NCBI GenBank assembly: GCA_964373125.1
Contig: CAYJSN010000008.1
Span: 4,244-68,243 of the forward strand
Direction of reading: 5' to 3'
DNA: 64,000 nucleotides
Origin: an uncultured Nitrosopumilales archaeon
GTDB taxonomy: Archaea > Thermoproteota > Nitrososphaeria > Nitrososphaerales > UBA213
Position numbers and translations under genes: made by a program. Position 1 is the stretch's first letter; each line of letters opens with the position of its first letter. Under the pieces are notes generated by a model. It was not told the DNA's origin and searched no databases. It was given only the letters and a program-made list of their open reading frames with translations. Below, one piece after another: positions 9,899 through 19,086 of this stretch.

Positions 9899-10101
9899 AG
9901 AAGACGTACACGCTCGTCCCGAAGCCCAGCAGCAGCTTCCTGCTCGCTGCCTGCCCCAAGTGTGGAAAGGAGGCAGTCGTATTCTCGCACACCACCAAGG
10001 ATGTGCACTGCAAGGCGTGCGACGAGCTTATCGCGGAGAAGACCGGCAGTAAAGCCATCCTTCACAGCAAGAACTTCAAGCGGCTGGACCAGGTAGAGTA
10101 G
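9895..10101 (+). CDS. rps27e: Ribosomal protein S27e (eS27)
   Basis: 68 aa from the internal ATG (ATGA overlap with the L44e stop). CPKCGKEAVVFSH...VHCKAC zinc ribbon. Confidence 0.85.
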   Translation: MKKTYTLVPKPSSSFLLAACPKCGKEAVVFSHTTKDVHCKACDELIAEKTGSKAILHSKNFKRLDQVE

Positions 10102-10102
10102 C

Positions 10103-10720
10103 CTAAGAACCTTTCAAAAGTTTCTCAGCCAGCTCAAGCTCGCGAGCGGTGTTAACGTTCAGCGCCAACCCGGGCTCGTCCATCAGCAGCACCTCTTCCT
10201 CCACCGGCCGGGAGCCGGATACATGCGACGTGTCGATCATGCTGACCCCGGTGTAGCAAACGGTCCTGCCGTCGTGCTCGAAACAATATTCTGCCCCGGC
10301 GCCCAGCCTCTTGACAAGGTTCTCGCTCACCACCACCGCCAGCGAGGGTTTGGAGCGCTGCTCGAACCTGCCCGCGATCTTTCTTACTGTTTCAGCATCC
10401 AAGAGGGGCAGGTCGGCCGGCACGATGAAGACGCCCTTCGGCTTGATTGTTTGCAGCAGGTCGCCGAGATCTCTGACATAATCTGTGCCCGAGCTGTCGG
10501 AGATCAGGACACCGCGTTCTGTGAGGTATTGTGCAGTCCGGGGAGTGCTGCTGCTCACCAGCGCCATTATGCGCTCGAAGCACCCCGAGTCCTTCAGGGC
10601 CTCCAGGACGTAGCTGACCACCGGTTTGCCTCCCGCGTTAATCATCGGCTTCTCCTGCCCGGAGCGCATCCTGGTTCCCCTGCCCCCGGCCATTATTACC
10701 GCGATCAACCCTGCCTGCAT
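10103..10720 (-). CDS. cobY: Adenosylcobinamide-phosphate guanylyltransferase (CobY-type NTP transferase)
   Basis: 205 aa. N-terminal IAVIMAGGRGTRM nucleotidyltransferase motif. Last gene of the cobD-cobQ-cbiB-cobS-cobY string. Confidence 0.75.
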   Translation of the reverse strand: MQAGLIAVIMAGGRGTRMRSGQEKPMINAGGKPVVSYVLEALKDSGCFERIMALVSSSTPRTAQYLTERGVLISDSSGTDYVRDLGDLLQTIKPKGVFIVPADLPLLDAETVRKIAGRFEQRSKPSLAVVVSENLVKRLGAGAEYCFEHDGRTVCYTGVSMIDTSHVSGSRPVEEEVLLMDEPGLALNVNTARELELAEKLLKGS

Positions 10721-10724
10721 CCTC

Positions 10725-11465
10725 CTACAGCATCGAGGCCAGAATTATCAGCGATGAGAGCCGCGTTATCTCGTTCGAGGCGCCGAAGACGTCGCCCGAG
10801 ACCCCGCCGAAGCTCCTGTTCGCAACTTTCAGCAGGATGAACGCTATCAGGACGGCGGCTCCCAGAGCGTACAGCCCGGCGGTGCCGGCCAGAAGGTAGG
10901 CCAGCGGCACGGTGATCGCGACCGAGGCCAGGAACTTCGGCCTGCTCTTCATCTGCTCCGTGAAGGGTGACCCTATCCCTTCCCAAGCAGCTATACCCCG
11001 GTGTGCCTGCAACACCATCACGAACTTTGCTATCGCCTCGCTCGCTATCAGGGCGGTGAGCAGGGCGAGCCCGTTCATCATCGAGACCGCGATAACCGAA
11101 CCTGCAAGGTAAAGCACCAGCGACGCAACTCCCGCCGAACCGGCCCTGGGGTCACGCATGGCCTTCCGCTTCGAGTCCTTGGTGCCCTTTGCCATCAGCC
11201 CGTCCGCAAAATCAGACAGCGCGTCGGTGTGGTGCGAGCCGGTAAGGACAAAGAGCGCGGCCGTTGCGATCAGGCCCACAAGCAGGCCGCCCAGGACCAT
11301 CGAGAGCCCGAATGCTAATGAACCAATGATGAGCCCGATTATCGCGCCGGCAGCCGGGAAGAGGAACATGTGGCGCGCGATGTAGTTTACCTCGTAATCC
11401 TTGCCTGTGGGCAGGATCGTCAAAAATGAAAGTAACGCGCGTATCTGGTTCAGGCTCCTCACCAA
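10725..11465 (-). CDS. cobS: Adenosylcobinamide-GDP ribazoletransferase (cobalamin synthase)
   Basis: 246-aa polytopic membrane protein. LSFLTILP N-terminal motif, HHTDALSDFADG motif. Confidence 0.85.
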   Translation of the reverse strand: MVRSLNQIRALLSFLTILPTGKDYEVNYIARHMFLFPAAGAIIGLIIGSLAFGLSMVLGGLLVGLIATAALFVLTGSHHTDALSDFADGLMAKGTKDSKRKAMRDPRAGSAGVASLVLYLAGSVIAVSMMNGLALLTALIASEAIAKFVMVLQAHRGIAAWEGIGSPFTEQMKSRPKFLASVAITVPLAYLLAGTAGLYALGAAVLIAFILLKVANRSFGGVSGDVFGASNEITRLSSLIILASML

Positions 11466-12421
11466 CCAAGAAGCGCGAGCAGGATGATCGCAGGCACGGC
11501 GAATACCAGGCTGAAGAGGATGGTGGTGATCTTCATTATCGTTATCGTCTTCTCGCAGTGCTCCAGTGTAAGGTGTTCATAGCTCTCTCCGAGCGAATAA
11601 TAACCAACCTTCTCGAGCCTGACCCTCAGCGCGCCCGCAACCGTGGAGATGGGCCAGCCGGCGTTGAGGCTGGGCGTCCTCTGCTTGTCCCTCTGGAGTA
11701 TGCGCGCCGAGTTCCTCCAGTCCGCGCCCACCATCCTTGCCGCGATGACCATCAGGAAGGCAGTGATCCTGGCAGGAATGTAGTTTGCAACCGTATCGAG
11801 CCTTGCCGAGAGGAACCCTATGTGTTTGTGGTACTCATCCTTGTAGCCGATCATCGAGTCCAGGGTGTTTATCGCCCGGTAGGCAAAGGCCCCCGGCAGC
11901 CCGAAGAGCGCATAATGGAATATTGGCGCTGTGATACCGTCGACCGTGCTCTCGCTGACGCTCTCGATCGTCGCAGAGAGGATGTGCTGCCCGTCCAAGT
12001 TCGAGGTGTCCCTCCCCACTATCTTCGAGAGGTTCGTCCTTGCGGCATCCATGTCATTCATTGCCAAGGCATTCATAACTGCCCTGGCATGCCGCTCCAT
12101 CGACCTGATCGCGATCGTGCTCTTCAGCATCAGCACGCTCAGCGGTACGAGCACGAATAATCCGAAGAACTCCCCGACGTAATGGAGCAGGTAGTACGCC
12201 GACAGGGCGGCGAGGGCAACTACAGCTACGGCAAAGACCGCACCGTTGACTCGCTCGATCCCCGCAGAGCGGTGCTTCAACTTGGGAGCGACGGAGTCGA
12301 TCAGCCTGCCCAGCCACGCCGTCGGATGCGCTTTGTTCGGAGGGTCGCCCGCGGCAAGGTCCAGCGCCACCGCGGCCGCGAGCACCAGTAGCGAGGCAAG
12401 GAGTTCGATCATTGGAATCAT
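11459..12421 (-). CDS. cbiB: Adenosylcobinamide-phosphate synthase
   Basis: 320-aa membrane protein. GDPPNKAHPTAWLG, NTLDSMIGYK, GWPISTVAGAL motifs. Confidence 0.85.
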   Translation of the reverse strand: MIPMIELLASLLVLAAAVALDLAAGDPPNKAHPTAWLGRLIDSVAPKLKHRSAGIERVNGAVFAVAVVALAALSAYYLLHYVGEFFGLFVLVPLSVLMLKSTIAIRSMERHARAVMNALAMNDMDAARTNLSKIVGRDTSNLDGQHILSATIESVSESTVDGITAPIFHYALFGLPGAFAYRAINTLDSMIGYKDEYHKHIGFLSARLDTVANYIPARITAFLMVIAARMVGADWRNSARILQRDKQRTPSLNAGWPISTVAGALRVRLEKVGYYSLGESYEHLTLEHCEKTITIMKITTILFSLVFAVPAIILLALLGW

Positions 12422-12422
12422 C

Positions 12423-13913
12423 TCAGTGGAGGCCTGCCAGGGCCATCAAGCGCTGCATATCGATGTTAGCCCTCACTATCTCGCTCAGCCTCTGGGTCTG
12501 AATGTCCCAGAACTCCATCGCGCCTAGGTCATGCGCGGAGGCTTTCAAGCCTTTCCTTTGGGCGACGAGCCCCAGAATTGTATTCCGGATTGCGGGGGCG
12601 TCGAAGAGTCCGTAGACGCAGGAGCCCAGTGCGAGCCCGTCCCTGCCCGCCGAGCCCTCCGCGAACTTTTTGCCCCTGCCGTTCAGGCCGGTGACGTCCA
12701 GGAGCGGCGCTGCTCCCCTGCCCCTGACCAGCCTGTAATCCTGCCGCAGGTGGCCCTGTATCACGCCGGCGCCAAGGTGGCTAGCCTTCGATATCTCTGC
12801 TCTTATCCTGCCCGAAAGCCTGTCCGCAGAATGAGCTACCACATCAAGGAGGCCCAAGCCGTCGAGCCGCCGGGAGCCGGTGAATATGCGTTTGCACATC
12901 ATCGCGTACCCGTCGCCGATGCCTATGACCGGGGTGCCTGCTGCATGGAGCGCTCTTATCCTCTCGGCTGTCCCGCTTTCGTGCAGCCACTCCAAGTCCC
13001 GGGCAATGTCCCTGCTCGGCGGCAGCAGTATGATATCAGCCTCGTCGAGCCTGTTCGACGGCGTCACATGGTAGGCATTCGTGGCAGCGGAGGCCTGCAG
13101 CAGCGGGTCAAGGTCGGAGAGGTTGGCTGCGCCCGGGTACCTGATTATGGCCATGTTGATCCTGTCCGGCCTAGCTGCCCCCCTGCCCATGCCGAGCGAG
13201 TCCTCGCTGGGCAGCAGCATCTCATCGATGAAGGGAATTATTCCTAGAACCGGCTTGCCCGTCATCTTCTCAAAGCGGCTCACGGCCGGGTGCAGGATCG
13301 ATTTGTCGCCCCTGAACTTGTTTATCACGAACCCTTTGACCAGGGTCTTGTGCTTACGCTCCAGCAGCTGCAGGGTGCCGACCATGCTCGCGAAGCAACC
13401 GCCCCGCTCGATGTCGGCGACGATAACCACCGGGGCCCTGATCTTCTCTGCGAGCTTCATGTTGGCGAGGTCGTACCTTGCAAGGTTTATCTCGGCCGGG
13501 CTTCCCGCGCCCTCGATCACGATCAGGTCGTAATCCTCGGAGAGCTTCCTGATCGCCTGGGCAACGTACCTTGCGCCGTCCCGCATCACGAACCCGTTGT
13601 AGTAGTCTTTTGCATGCATCTCCCGGTACTCCCTGCCCAAGAGCACGACCTTGCTCACATAGTCGCCCATCGGCTTGAGCAGGATCGGGTTCATGTAGAC
13701 GCTGGGCTCCGTCCTAGCCGCCACCGCCTGGAGGGCCTGGGCCCTCGCCATCTCCAAGCCATCAGCAGTTATGTGGACGTTGGATGACATGTTCTGGGCC
13801 TTCAGCGGGGCTACTCTGTAACCCTTGTCGGAGAATATCCTGCAGAGCGCCGCTGTCAGGGTGCTCTTGCCGGAGTTGGAAGAGGTGCCCTGCACCATCA
13901 GGAACCTGACCAT
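12423..13913 (-). CDS. cobQ: Cobyric acid synthase (glutaminase domain degenerate, see findings)
   Basis: Start taken at MVRFLMVQGTSSNSGKSTL, 4 nt after the cobD stop. Full-length collinearity with CobQ/CbiP (NPILLKP, GLGLL, YGLFD). Confidence 0.85.
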   Translation of the reverse strand: MVRFLMVQGTSSNSGKSTLTAALCRIFSDKGYRVAPLKAQNMSSNVHITADGLEMARAQALQAVAARTEPSVYMNPILLKPMGDYVSKVVLLGREYREMHAKDYYNGFVMRDGARYVAQAIRKLSEDYDLIVIEGAGSPAEINLARYDLANMKLAEKIRAPVVIVADIERGGCFASMVGTLQLLERKHKTLVKGFVINKFRGDKSILHPAVSRFEKMTGKPVLGIIPFIDEMLLPSEDSLGMGRGAARPDRINMAIIRYPGAANLSDLDPLLQASAATNAYHVTPSNRLDEADIILLPPSRDIARDLEWLHESGTAERIRALHAAGTPVIGIGDGYAMMCKRIFTGSRRLDGLGLLDVVAHSADRLSGRIRAEISKASHLGAGVIQGHLRQDYRLVRGRGAAPLLDVTGLNGRGKKFAEGSAGRDGLALGSCVYGLFDAPAIRNTILGLVAQRKGLKASAHDLGAMEFWDIQTQRLSEIVRANIDMQRLMALAGLH

Positions 13914-13917
13914 CGCG

Positions 13918-15048
13918 CTAGACCTCCCCGTCTTCCTGCCCGAGGGCATCTATCAGTATATTATTCTCGCTCCGCCTCTGGACGGAGACTCGGACATGGT
14001 CGGTGCCCATCCCCGTGAAACTGCTGCAGTCCCTCACCAAGACTCTGTGCTTCTTCAGCAACCTAGATTTCAGCGAGACCGAGTCTGTGTTCTTCAGCGT
14101 TACCAGGAAGAAGTTTGTATCAGAGCTGCAGGGGGCGAACCTGTGCATCCTAGATATCGCGCGCAGCAGGTAGGGCTTCTCGCGCTTCACCAGCGTCCTG
14201 GTCTTCCGCAGGTGCTCCCTGTCCTTCAGCGCGGCCACGGCCGCCACCTGTGCGAGGGCGTTGACACCCCAGGGGACCCTCACCTTGTTCAGGAGCCGGG
14301 CCATCTTCGTGCTCGCAACCGCATAGCCGGCCCTCAGCCCGGCAAGGCCGAAGGCCTTTGTAAGCGTCCGCAGGACGAGCAGGTTATCGTACTCCTTCAC
14401 TGCACTGACGAAGGAGTTCCGCTGCGGCTCCTCCACAAACTCCATGAAGCACTCGTCCAGCAGCACCAGCGTGCCGTTGTTGTACGCATGGTCGAGTATC
14501 TTTGCCACGCCCTGCCTTTCGGCCAGCAGCCCCGTCGGGTTGTTGGGGTTGCATACGAATACAGCTTTGGTCTGCTTGTCCATTGCGGCCAGCACCGGTT
14601 CTGGCTCCAGCCGGAAGTCCTCCAGCTCGACGTAGGTTATATTGGCAGAGTTCTTGTCGCAGGCAAACTCGTACTCGAAGAAGGTCGGGACGGGGATCAC
14701 GGCCTTCTCATCCTTCCCCACAAAGACATCAGCAAAGAGGTGGATGAGTTCATTCGCCCCGTTGCCTGCAACGATGCAGTCCTCGTCCCCGATCTGCAGG
14801 TAGTCCATCACCGCCCGCTTGAAGGTTTTTGAATCCGGGTCGGGGTATAATGAGATTAATTCAATATTCTGCCTGATCGCCTGGTGGACCTTCCGCGAGG
14901 CGCCGAGCGGGTTGACGTTCGTGCTGAAATCTATCAGGTCGCCGCCGTCCTTAACATAATGCCTGCCGCCGTGGGTGCGCGGGCTGGCCCTGAGAAAGCC
15001 TTCCTTTGCGAGCCGGTTCAGGTCGAGACGCCCGTGTCTGGTGAGCAC
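13918..15048 (-). CDS. cobD: L-threonine-O-3-phosphate decarboxylase (class-II aminotransferase fold)
   Basis: 376 aa. THGG...DFSTNVNPLG N-terminus, NPNNPTG, PLP-lysine context RTLTKAFGLAGLRAGY. Cobalamin operon context. Confidence 0.8.
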   Translation of the reverse strand: MLTRHGRLDLNRLAKEGFLRASPRTHGGRHYVKDGGDLIDFSTNVNPLGASRKVHQAIRQNIELISLYPDPDSKTFKRAVMDYLQIGDEDCIVAGNGANELIHLFADVFVGKDEKAVIPVPTFFEYEFACDKNSANITYVELEDFRLEPEPVLAAMDKQTKAVFVCNPNNPTGLLAERQGVAKILDHAYNNGTLVLLDECFMEFVEEPQRNSFVSAVKEYDNLLVLRTLTKAFGLAGLRAGYAVASTKMARLLNKVRVPWGVNALAQVAAVAALKDREHLRKTRTLVKREKPYLLRAISRMHRFAPCSSDTNFFLVTLKNTDSVSLKSRLLKKHRVLVRDCSSFTGMGTDHVRVSVQRRSENNILIDALGQEDGEV

Positions 15049-15156
15049 AGGATAGATTCATTGCTCCATTATTTTAGTATGCATTTCCTCGCGGAGAAGA
15101 TCATCCAACCGCACCGGCAAAAACGATTATTAAATACAGAGACGAAGTGTCTGCAT

Positions 15157-16236
15157 ATGCTCCGCGTAGCGGTGATAGGCGCAACAGGCGTGGTCGGCCA
15201 AGAGTTCATGGTGGCGCTCAACAACCACCCCTGGTTCGAGATCAAGCGTATAGCAGCCTCCGAGCGCTCGGCAGGCAAGAAGTACGCCGATGCCATACGC
15301 GACAGTAGCACCGGCGTGATGAAGTGGCACCAGCACGAGCCCGTGCCCGACTATGCAAAGAATATGACGGTCGAGAACGTCAACGATATCAAACCGTCGG
15401 AGGTCGACCTGGTCTTCACGGCTATCGAGGCCGACGATGCCAAGGTCATAGAGCCCAGGTTTGCCCAGCACGTGCCGGTGATAAGCACGGCCGCTGCCTT
15501 CAGGTACGAGAGCGACGTTCCGATTCTCATACCCGGCATAAACGACCAGCAGGCAGAGCTCATCCACGTCCAGCGCAAGAACAGGGGGTGGAAGGGCTTC
15601 ATAGCGCCCCTGCCGAACTGCACCACGACCGGACTTGCGATAACGCTCAAGCCGATACTGGACGAGTTTGGCATTGAGAAGGTCTTCATGACCTCGATGC
15701 AGGCGGTCTCCGGCGCCGGCAGGACGCCCGGGGTTGCCGCACTTGACATCTTCGATAACATCATACCCTATATCCCGAAGGAGGAGGAGAAGGTCCAGTC
15801 GGAGACGCTGAAGATACTGGGTAGGCTGAACGGCTCCGCGCTCGACAACGCCAAGATGAAGGTCAGCTGCACCTGCACAAGAGCAGCAGTGCTAGACGGC
15901 CACACCGAATCGGTCTTCGTGGAGACAACAAAACAATGCGAGCCTGCAAATGTGAAAGATGCCATGCTGAAATACTCTGCAAACGTGAGCATCAAGGGAC
16001 TGCCCTCCGCGCCGCCCGAGTACATATTCGTGCACGACGACCCGGCGCGGCCCCAGCCCAGGCTTGACAGGGAGATGAACGACGGTATGACAACCGTTGT
16101 AGGGAGGCTCAGGAGGGATGCCGTCTTCGAGCGGGGCGTGAAGTATATGCTGCTATCACACAACGAGAAGATGGGCTCAGCAAAGGGCGCGGTGTTGCTT
16201 GCGGAGCTGCTGAAGCGGCAGAACTTGATCGGCTAA
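15157..16236 (+). CDS. asd: Aspartate-semialdehyde dehydrogenase (archaeal type; malonyl-CoA-reductase-like paralogy not excluded)
   Basis: 359 aa from [17 protein letters not shown]. Active-site PNCTTTG and [10 protein letters not shown]. Confidence 0.85.
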   Translation: MLRVAVIGATGVVGQEFMVALNNHPWFEIKRIAASERSAGKKYADAIRDSSTGVMKWHQHEPVPDYAKNMTVENVNDIKPSEVDLVFTAIEADDAKVIEPRFAQHVPVISTAAAFRYESDVPILIPGINDQQAELIHVQRKNRGWKGFIAPLPNCTTTGLAITLKPILDEFGIEKVFMTSMQAVSGAGRTPGVAALDIFDNIIPYIPKEEEKVQSETLKILGRLNGSALDNAKMKVSCTCTRAAVLDGHTESVFVETTKQCEPANVKDAMLKYSANVSIKGLPSAPPEYIFVHDDPARPQPRLDREMNDGMTTVVGRLRRDAVFERGVKYMLLSHNEKMGSAKGAVLLAELLKRQNLIG

Positions 16237-16403
16237 GTTTTGCTGTCATACGACCTCAGTCTTCGTGCCTAACAACCTTATCGACCGAAACCAAGATCTT
16301 TTCTGAAAAATGACGCTGCGCTGTGAAAAATTCTACGGCGCGCCGTTTATGCCTACAGCCGTGTATTATTGCACCAAAGTGGCTTCAAATTTGCAAAAAC
16401 AAG

Positions 16404-16414
16404 TTTATTAATTA
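16404..16414 (+). promoter_or_regulatory. TATA-like box upstream of the Lrp/AsnC gene
   Basis: tttattaatta in an A/T-rich spacer, about 35 nt upstream of the ATG at 16444. Confidence 0.4.
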
Positions 16415-16443
16415 CTTTTTACAGAATAAATTGGGCTAAAAGC

Positions 16444-16920
16444 ATGGGCAGAATCGATGATTTAGATATACGAATTCTTGCAGAACTCTCAAGGGATGCC
16501 AGCATCTCGGTTCCCCGGCTCAGCAAGAAGATCAACGTCAACGCGTCGGTGGTCTACAGCAGGATAAAGCGGCTCGTGAAGCGCGGGCTGATCAAGAAGT
16601 TCACGGTGATAATCAACGAGGAGGCCTTGGGCATGAACGTGAAGGCGATCACCGGCATAAACATGGACTCGAAGCTGCGCGACAACGTCCTTGCAGAGCT
16701 GCTCAAGATCCAGGAGGTCAGGGAGGTTTCAGAAGTAACCGGCAGGTTCGACATCCTTGTCACGGTAACGACCAAGGCGCTAGACGAGATGCACCAGCTG
16801 ATATCGGAGCGGATAGGCAGGATCGAGGGCGTGCAGAAGACCGAGACATTCATAGAGATGCGCCGGACTGTGAAGGAACCAGAATTCACAACCGCAACCG
16901 TGCCCGCTATTGCAAAATAA
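16444..16920 (+). CDS. Lrp/AsnC-family transcriptional regulator
   Basis: 158 aa from MGRIDDLDIRILAELSRDASISVPRLSKKINVNASVVYSRIKRL (HTH), followed by a RAM/ACT-like ligand domain. Confidence 0.85.
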   Translation: MGRIDDLDIRILAELSRDASISVPRLSKKINVNASVVYSRIKRLVKRGLIKKFTVIINEEALGMNVKAITGINMDSKLRDNVLAELLKIQEVREVSEVTGRFDILVTVTTKALDEMHQLISERIGRIEGVQKTETFIEMRRTVKEPEFTTATVPAIAK

Positions 16921-17389
16921 AATTAGGAAGGCCCTCCGCAAGTTTCTTTGTGGATGCCTTTGCTACGTTGCTCAGCCTGTACTTGGCCGTCCCCTTCTCG
17001 TCCTTCTCCTCGACCAGCAGCCTGCTGCGCTTCATCAGGTCGCGCTTGAAGTTGCTCCCGTTCCACCAGCCCTCGTCGATGCCCAAGTCCCTGGTGCGCT
17101 CCCTTACCTCCTCCTTGGTCAGGGGCCTGCCTGCGAAGTAGAGCAGTGCCTGGATCTTCTCCTTGTTCGTCAGCTTGGACACGCCCTCCAGCAGACGGTC
17201 GGGGATGCTTCCCGGCGCGGCCCTTTTGGGCCTCCTAGTGACCTCCGGGGGAAGCACCGCGGCTAGGGAGTGTTGCTCGATCAGCTTTGAGAGTATGACC
17301 TTAAACGCCTCGAGTTTATATGGTTCCGGCTCGTCCTGAACGGCCTCGCGCGCCTGCCTGATCCACCGCCTCATCTCAGAAGTTTCCAT
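16907..17389 (-). CDS. Hypothetical protein, possible C-terminal winged-helix
   Basis: 160 aa from METSEMRR. No recognised motif. GC3-rich frame. Confidence 0.5.
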   Translation of the reverse strand: METSEMRRWIRQAREAVQDEPEPYKLEAFKVILSKLIEQHSLAAVLPPEVTRRPKRAAPGSIPDRLLEGVSKLTNKEKIQALLYFAGRPLTKEEVRERTRDLGIDEGWWNGSNFKRDLMKRSRLLVEEKDEKGTAKYRLSNVAKASTKKLAEGLPNFILQ

Positions 17390-17478
17390 ACCTAGGAGTA
17401 AAAAGCCAAGGTAATTGAAAAGATTTGCTGATCGGTCTTTGAACCTATAAATAACAACCAAAACGAAGATCAGGCGGA

Positions 17479-18363
17479 TTGCTAAAGGCGGGGGTGGGGA
17501 CGGGCATAAGGGTTCACTGGGAGGTCACCAAGCCAAGGATCTGGTACCTCCTAGTCTTCACGGCCGGGATGGCCGCGCTCACCGCATCGAACGTGCACGA
17601 TATTGCCGTATCACCGGTTACCTGGGGGCTCCTGCTGGCCTCGGTCACCGCTGGCTCGGCCGGCGCCAACACCCTGACCAACTACATAGACCGGGATATC
17701 GACGCGAAGATGGACAGGACCCGGACTAGGCCGATCCCCAGCGGCAGGATGACGGCCGAGAACGCGCTTTACTACGGGCTGACGCTTGCGGGCATATCGC
17801 TCGTGCTGTCCTACATGATAAACATCTATGCCGTTGCCCTGATGGCATTCGGCCTCTTTGACAATGTAATTGTGTACAGCAAGTGGCTGAAGCGGAGGAA
17901 TGTCTCCAACATAATACTTGGCGGCTTTTCGGGCGGGGCCCCGGCCCTGATCGGTTATGTAGCGGTTACCACGGCCACCATAGAGCTCGGCTTGGTGATG
18001 GCGGGCCTGGTCTTCCTCTGGATCCCGACCCACATATGGAGCCTCGCGCTGCATATCAGGGAAGACTACGCAAAGGCAAAGGTGCCCATGCTGCCGGTGG
18101 TGAAGGGCGAGGGCCTCTCGATACGGGTGATAGCTGGAACCACGCTCCTGATGGTACTCTTCAGCATCCTCCCCGTGTACTGGGGGATGTTCGGGATGAT
18201 CTACCTCCTCATGGCGGGCATCTTGGGGGCGATAATAACCGCGATGAGCATAAACCTCCTGGCCAGACCCACCGAGAGCAAGTCCTGGACGCTCTTCAAG
18301 TTCTCGAGCCCCTACCTTGCGCTGCTCTTCATAGGCATGGTAGTGGATTCCTTCGTCTTCTAG
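17479..18363 (+). CDS. ctaB: Protoheme IX farnesyltransferase (heme O synthase), UbiA family
   Basis: 294-aa polytopic protein. NYIDRDIDAKMDRTRTRPIPSG motif. TTG start. Confidence 0.85.
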   Translation: MLKAGVGTGIRVHWEVTKPRIWYLLVFTAGMAALTASNVHDIAVSPVTWGLLLASVTAGSAGANTLTNYIDRDIDAKMDRTRTRPIPSGRMTAENALYYGLTLAGISLVLSYMINIYAVALMAFGLFDNVIVYSKWLKRRNVSNIILGGFSGGAPALIGYVAVTTATIELGLVMAGLVFLWIPTHIWSLALHIREDYAKAKVPMLPVVKGEGLSIRVIAGTTLLMVLFSILPVYWGMFGMIYLLMAGILGAIITAMSINLLARPTESKSWTLFKFSSPYLALLFIGMVVDSFVF

Positions 18364-18418
18364 GCAGCCATCGTGGATCAGCCGCCGATCCATAATTATT
18401 TAATACCAAGATCGGGGA

Positions 18419-18745
18419 GTGAAGAGCATGGGCCTGTACGGAATATACGGAAGCCATACGACCGAGTCGTGCCCGCTGAACAACGCCGCGAACAGGAAGA
18501 TAGTCTTGGGGGCGCCGGCCGACCTGGAGTCCTTCGCAAGGAAGTACAAAATCAACAGGATCCTGGGACAGTATCACTCTGCGCTAGAGCACGAATTCCT
18601 GTGGGTGGTGGACGCCGAAGACCCCCACCTGGTGGAGCGGTTCTGCATCGAGGGAGGCGTGGCAAAGTTCAATGCGGTCAAGATAGTGCCGCTGATAACC
18701 TTCAAGGACGTAGTCGAAATCTGCAGGGCGATCGGCCCCGGCTGA
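18419..18745 (+). CDS. Hypothetical small protein
   Basis: 108-aa ORF (alternative start MGLYGIYG at 18428). No recognised domain. Confidence 0.5.
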   Translation: MKSMGLYGIYGSHTTESCPLNNAANRKIVLGAPADLESFARKYKINRILGQYHSALEHEFLWVVDAEDPHLVERFCIEGGVAKFNAVKIVPLITFKDVVEICRAIGPG

Positions 18746-18764
18746 TCCCTTTTTGGGTGAGACC

Positions 18765-19085
18765 ATGCGCCGGGACGCTCTGGTAAACAAGATAAAGCGG
18801 CTGCGGGGGGTGAGCGGGAGGCCGATGTTCGGCTACGAGTGTTACTCGGTCAACGGCAAGTTCTTCGTGGGCTTCAGCAAGAAGCAGGGGCACGAGGTGA
18901 TACTCCGGCTCTCAAAGGGCGAGTCGCAGAAGGCAGTCAAAAGCAGGGGCATCAAGCCTTTCAGCCATGGAGCAAAGGCAGGCTGGATAGAGATCGATAC
19001 CAGGTCCGCGGCATCAGGTGAGGTTCTGGCATGGATGCGGAAGGCCTACGCCCACGCCGGCCGCCTCGCAGGCAGCAAGAAATGA
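18765..19085 (+). CDS. TfoX N-terminal-domain-like protein
   Basis: 106 aa from the ATG. RPMFGYECYSVNGKFFVGFSK resembles the TfoX_N core. Confidence 0.5.
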   Translation: MRRDALVNKIKRLRGVSGRPMFGYECYSVNGKFFVGFSKKQGHEVILRLSKGESQKAVKSRGIKPFSHGAKAGWIEIDTRSAASGEVLAWMRKAYAHAGRLAGSKK

Positions 19086-19086
19086 T

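Noticed and set aside
13825-14832. 335-aa plus-strand ORF
   Set aside because: Antisense to cobD (threonine-phosphate decarboxylase), which has clear family motifs. The translation has no motifs and a skewed His/Arg/Leu/Gln composition.
14884-15156. N-terminal 91-aa extension of the asd ORF
   Set aside because: Overlaps the 5' end of cobD on the opposite strand. The Rossmann-fold N-terminus [11 protein letters not shown] begins at 15157.
15225-15245. GGTTCGAG-type strings (also near 60380 and 61695) as tRNA T-arms
   Set aside because: All are embedded in well-supported or open reading frames and lack surrounding cloverleaf complementarity. I found no tRNA gene by eye, but a tRNAscan-type search is needed to be sure.
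17611-18393. 260-aa minus-strand ORF
   Set aside because: Antisense to the heme O synthase gene. The Arg/Gly/His-rich translation is incompatible with a real protein opposite a well-supported membrane protein gene.
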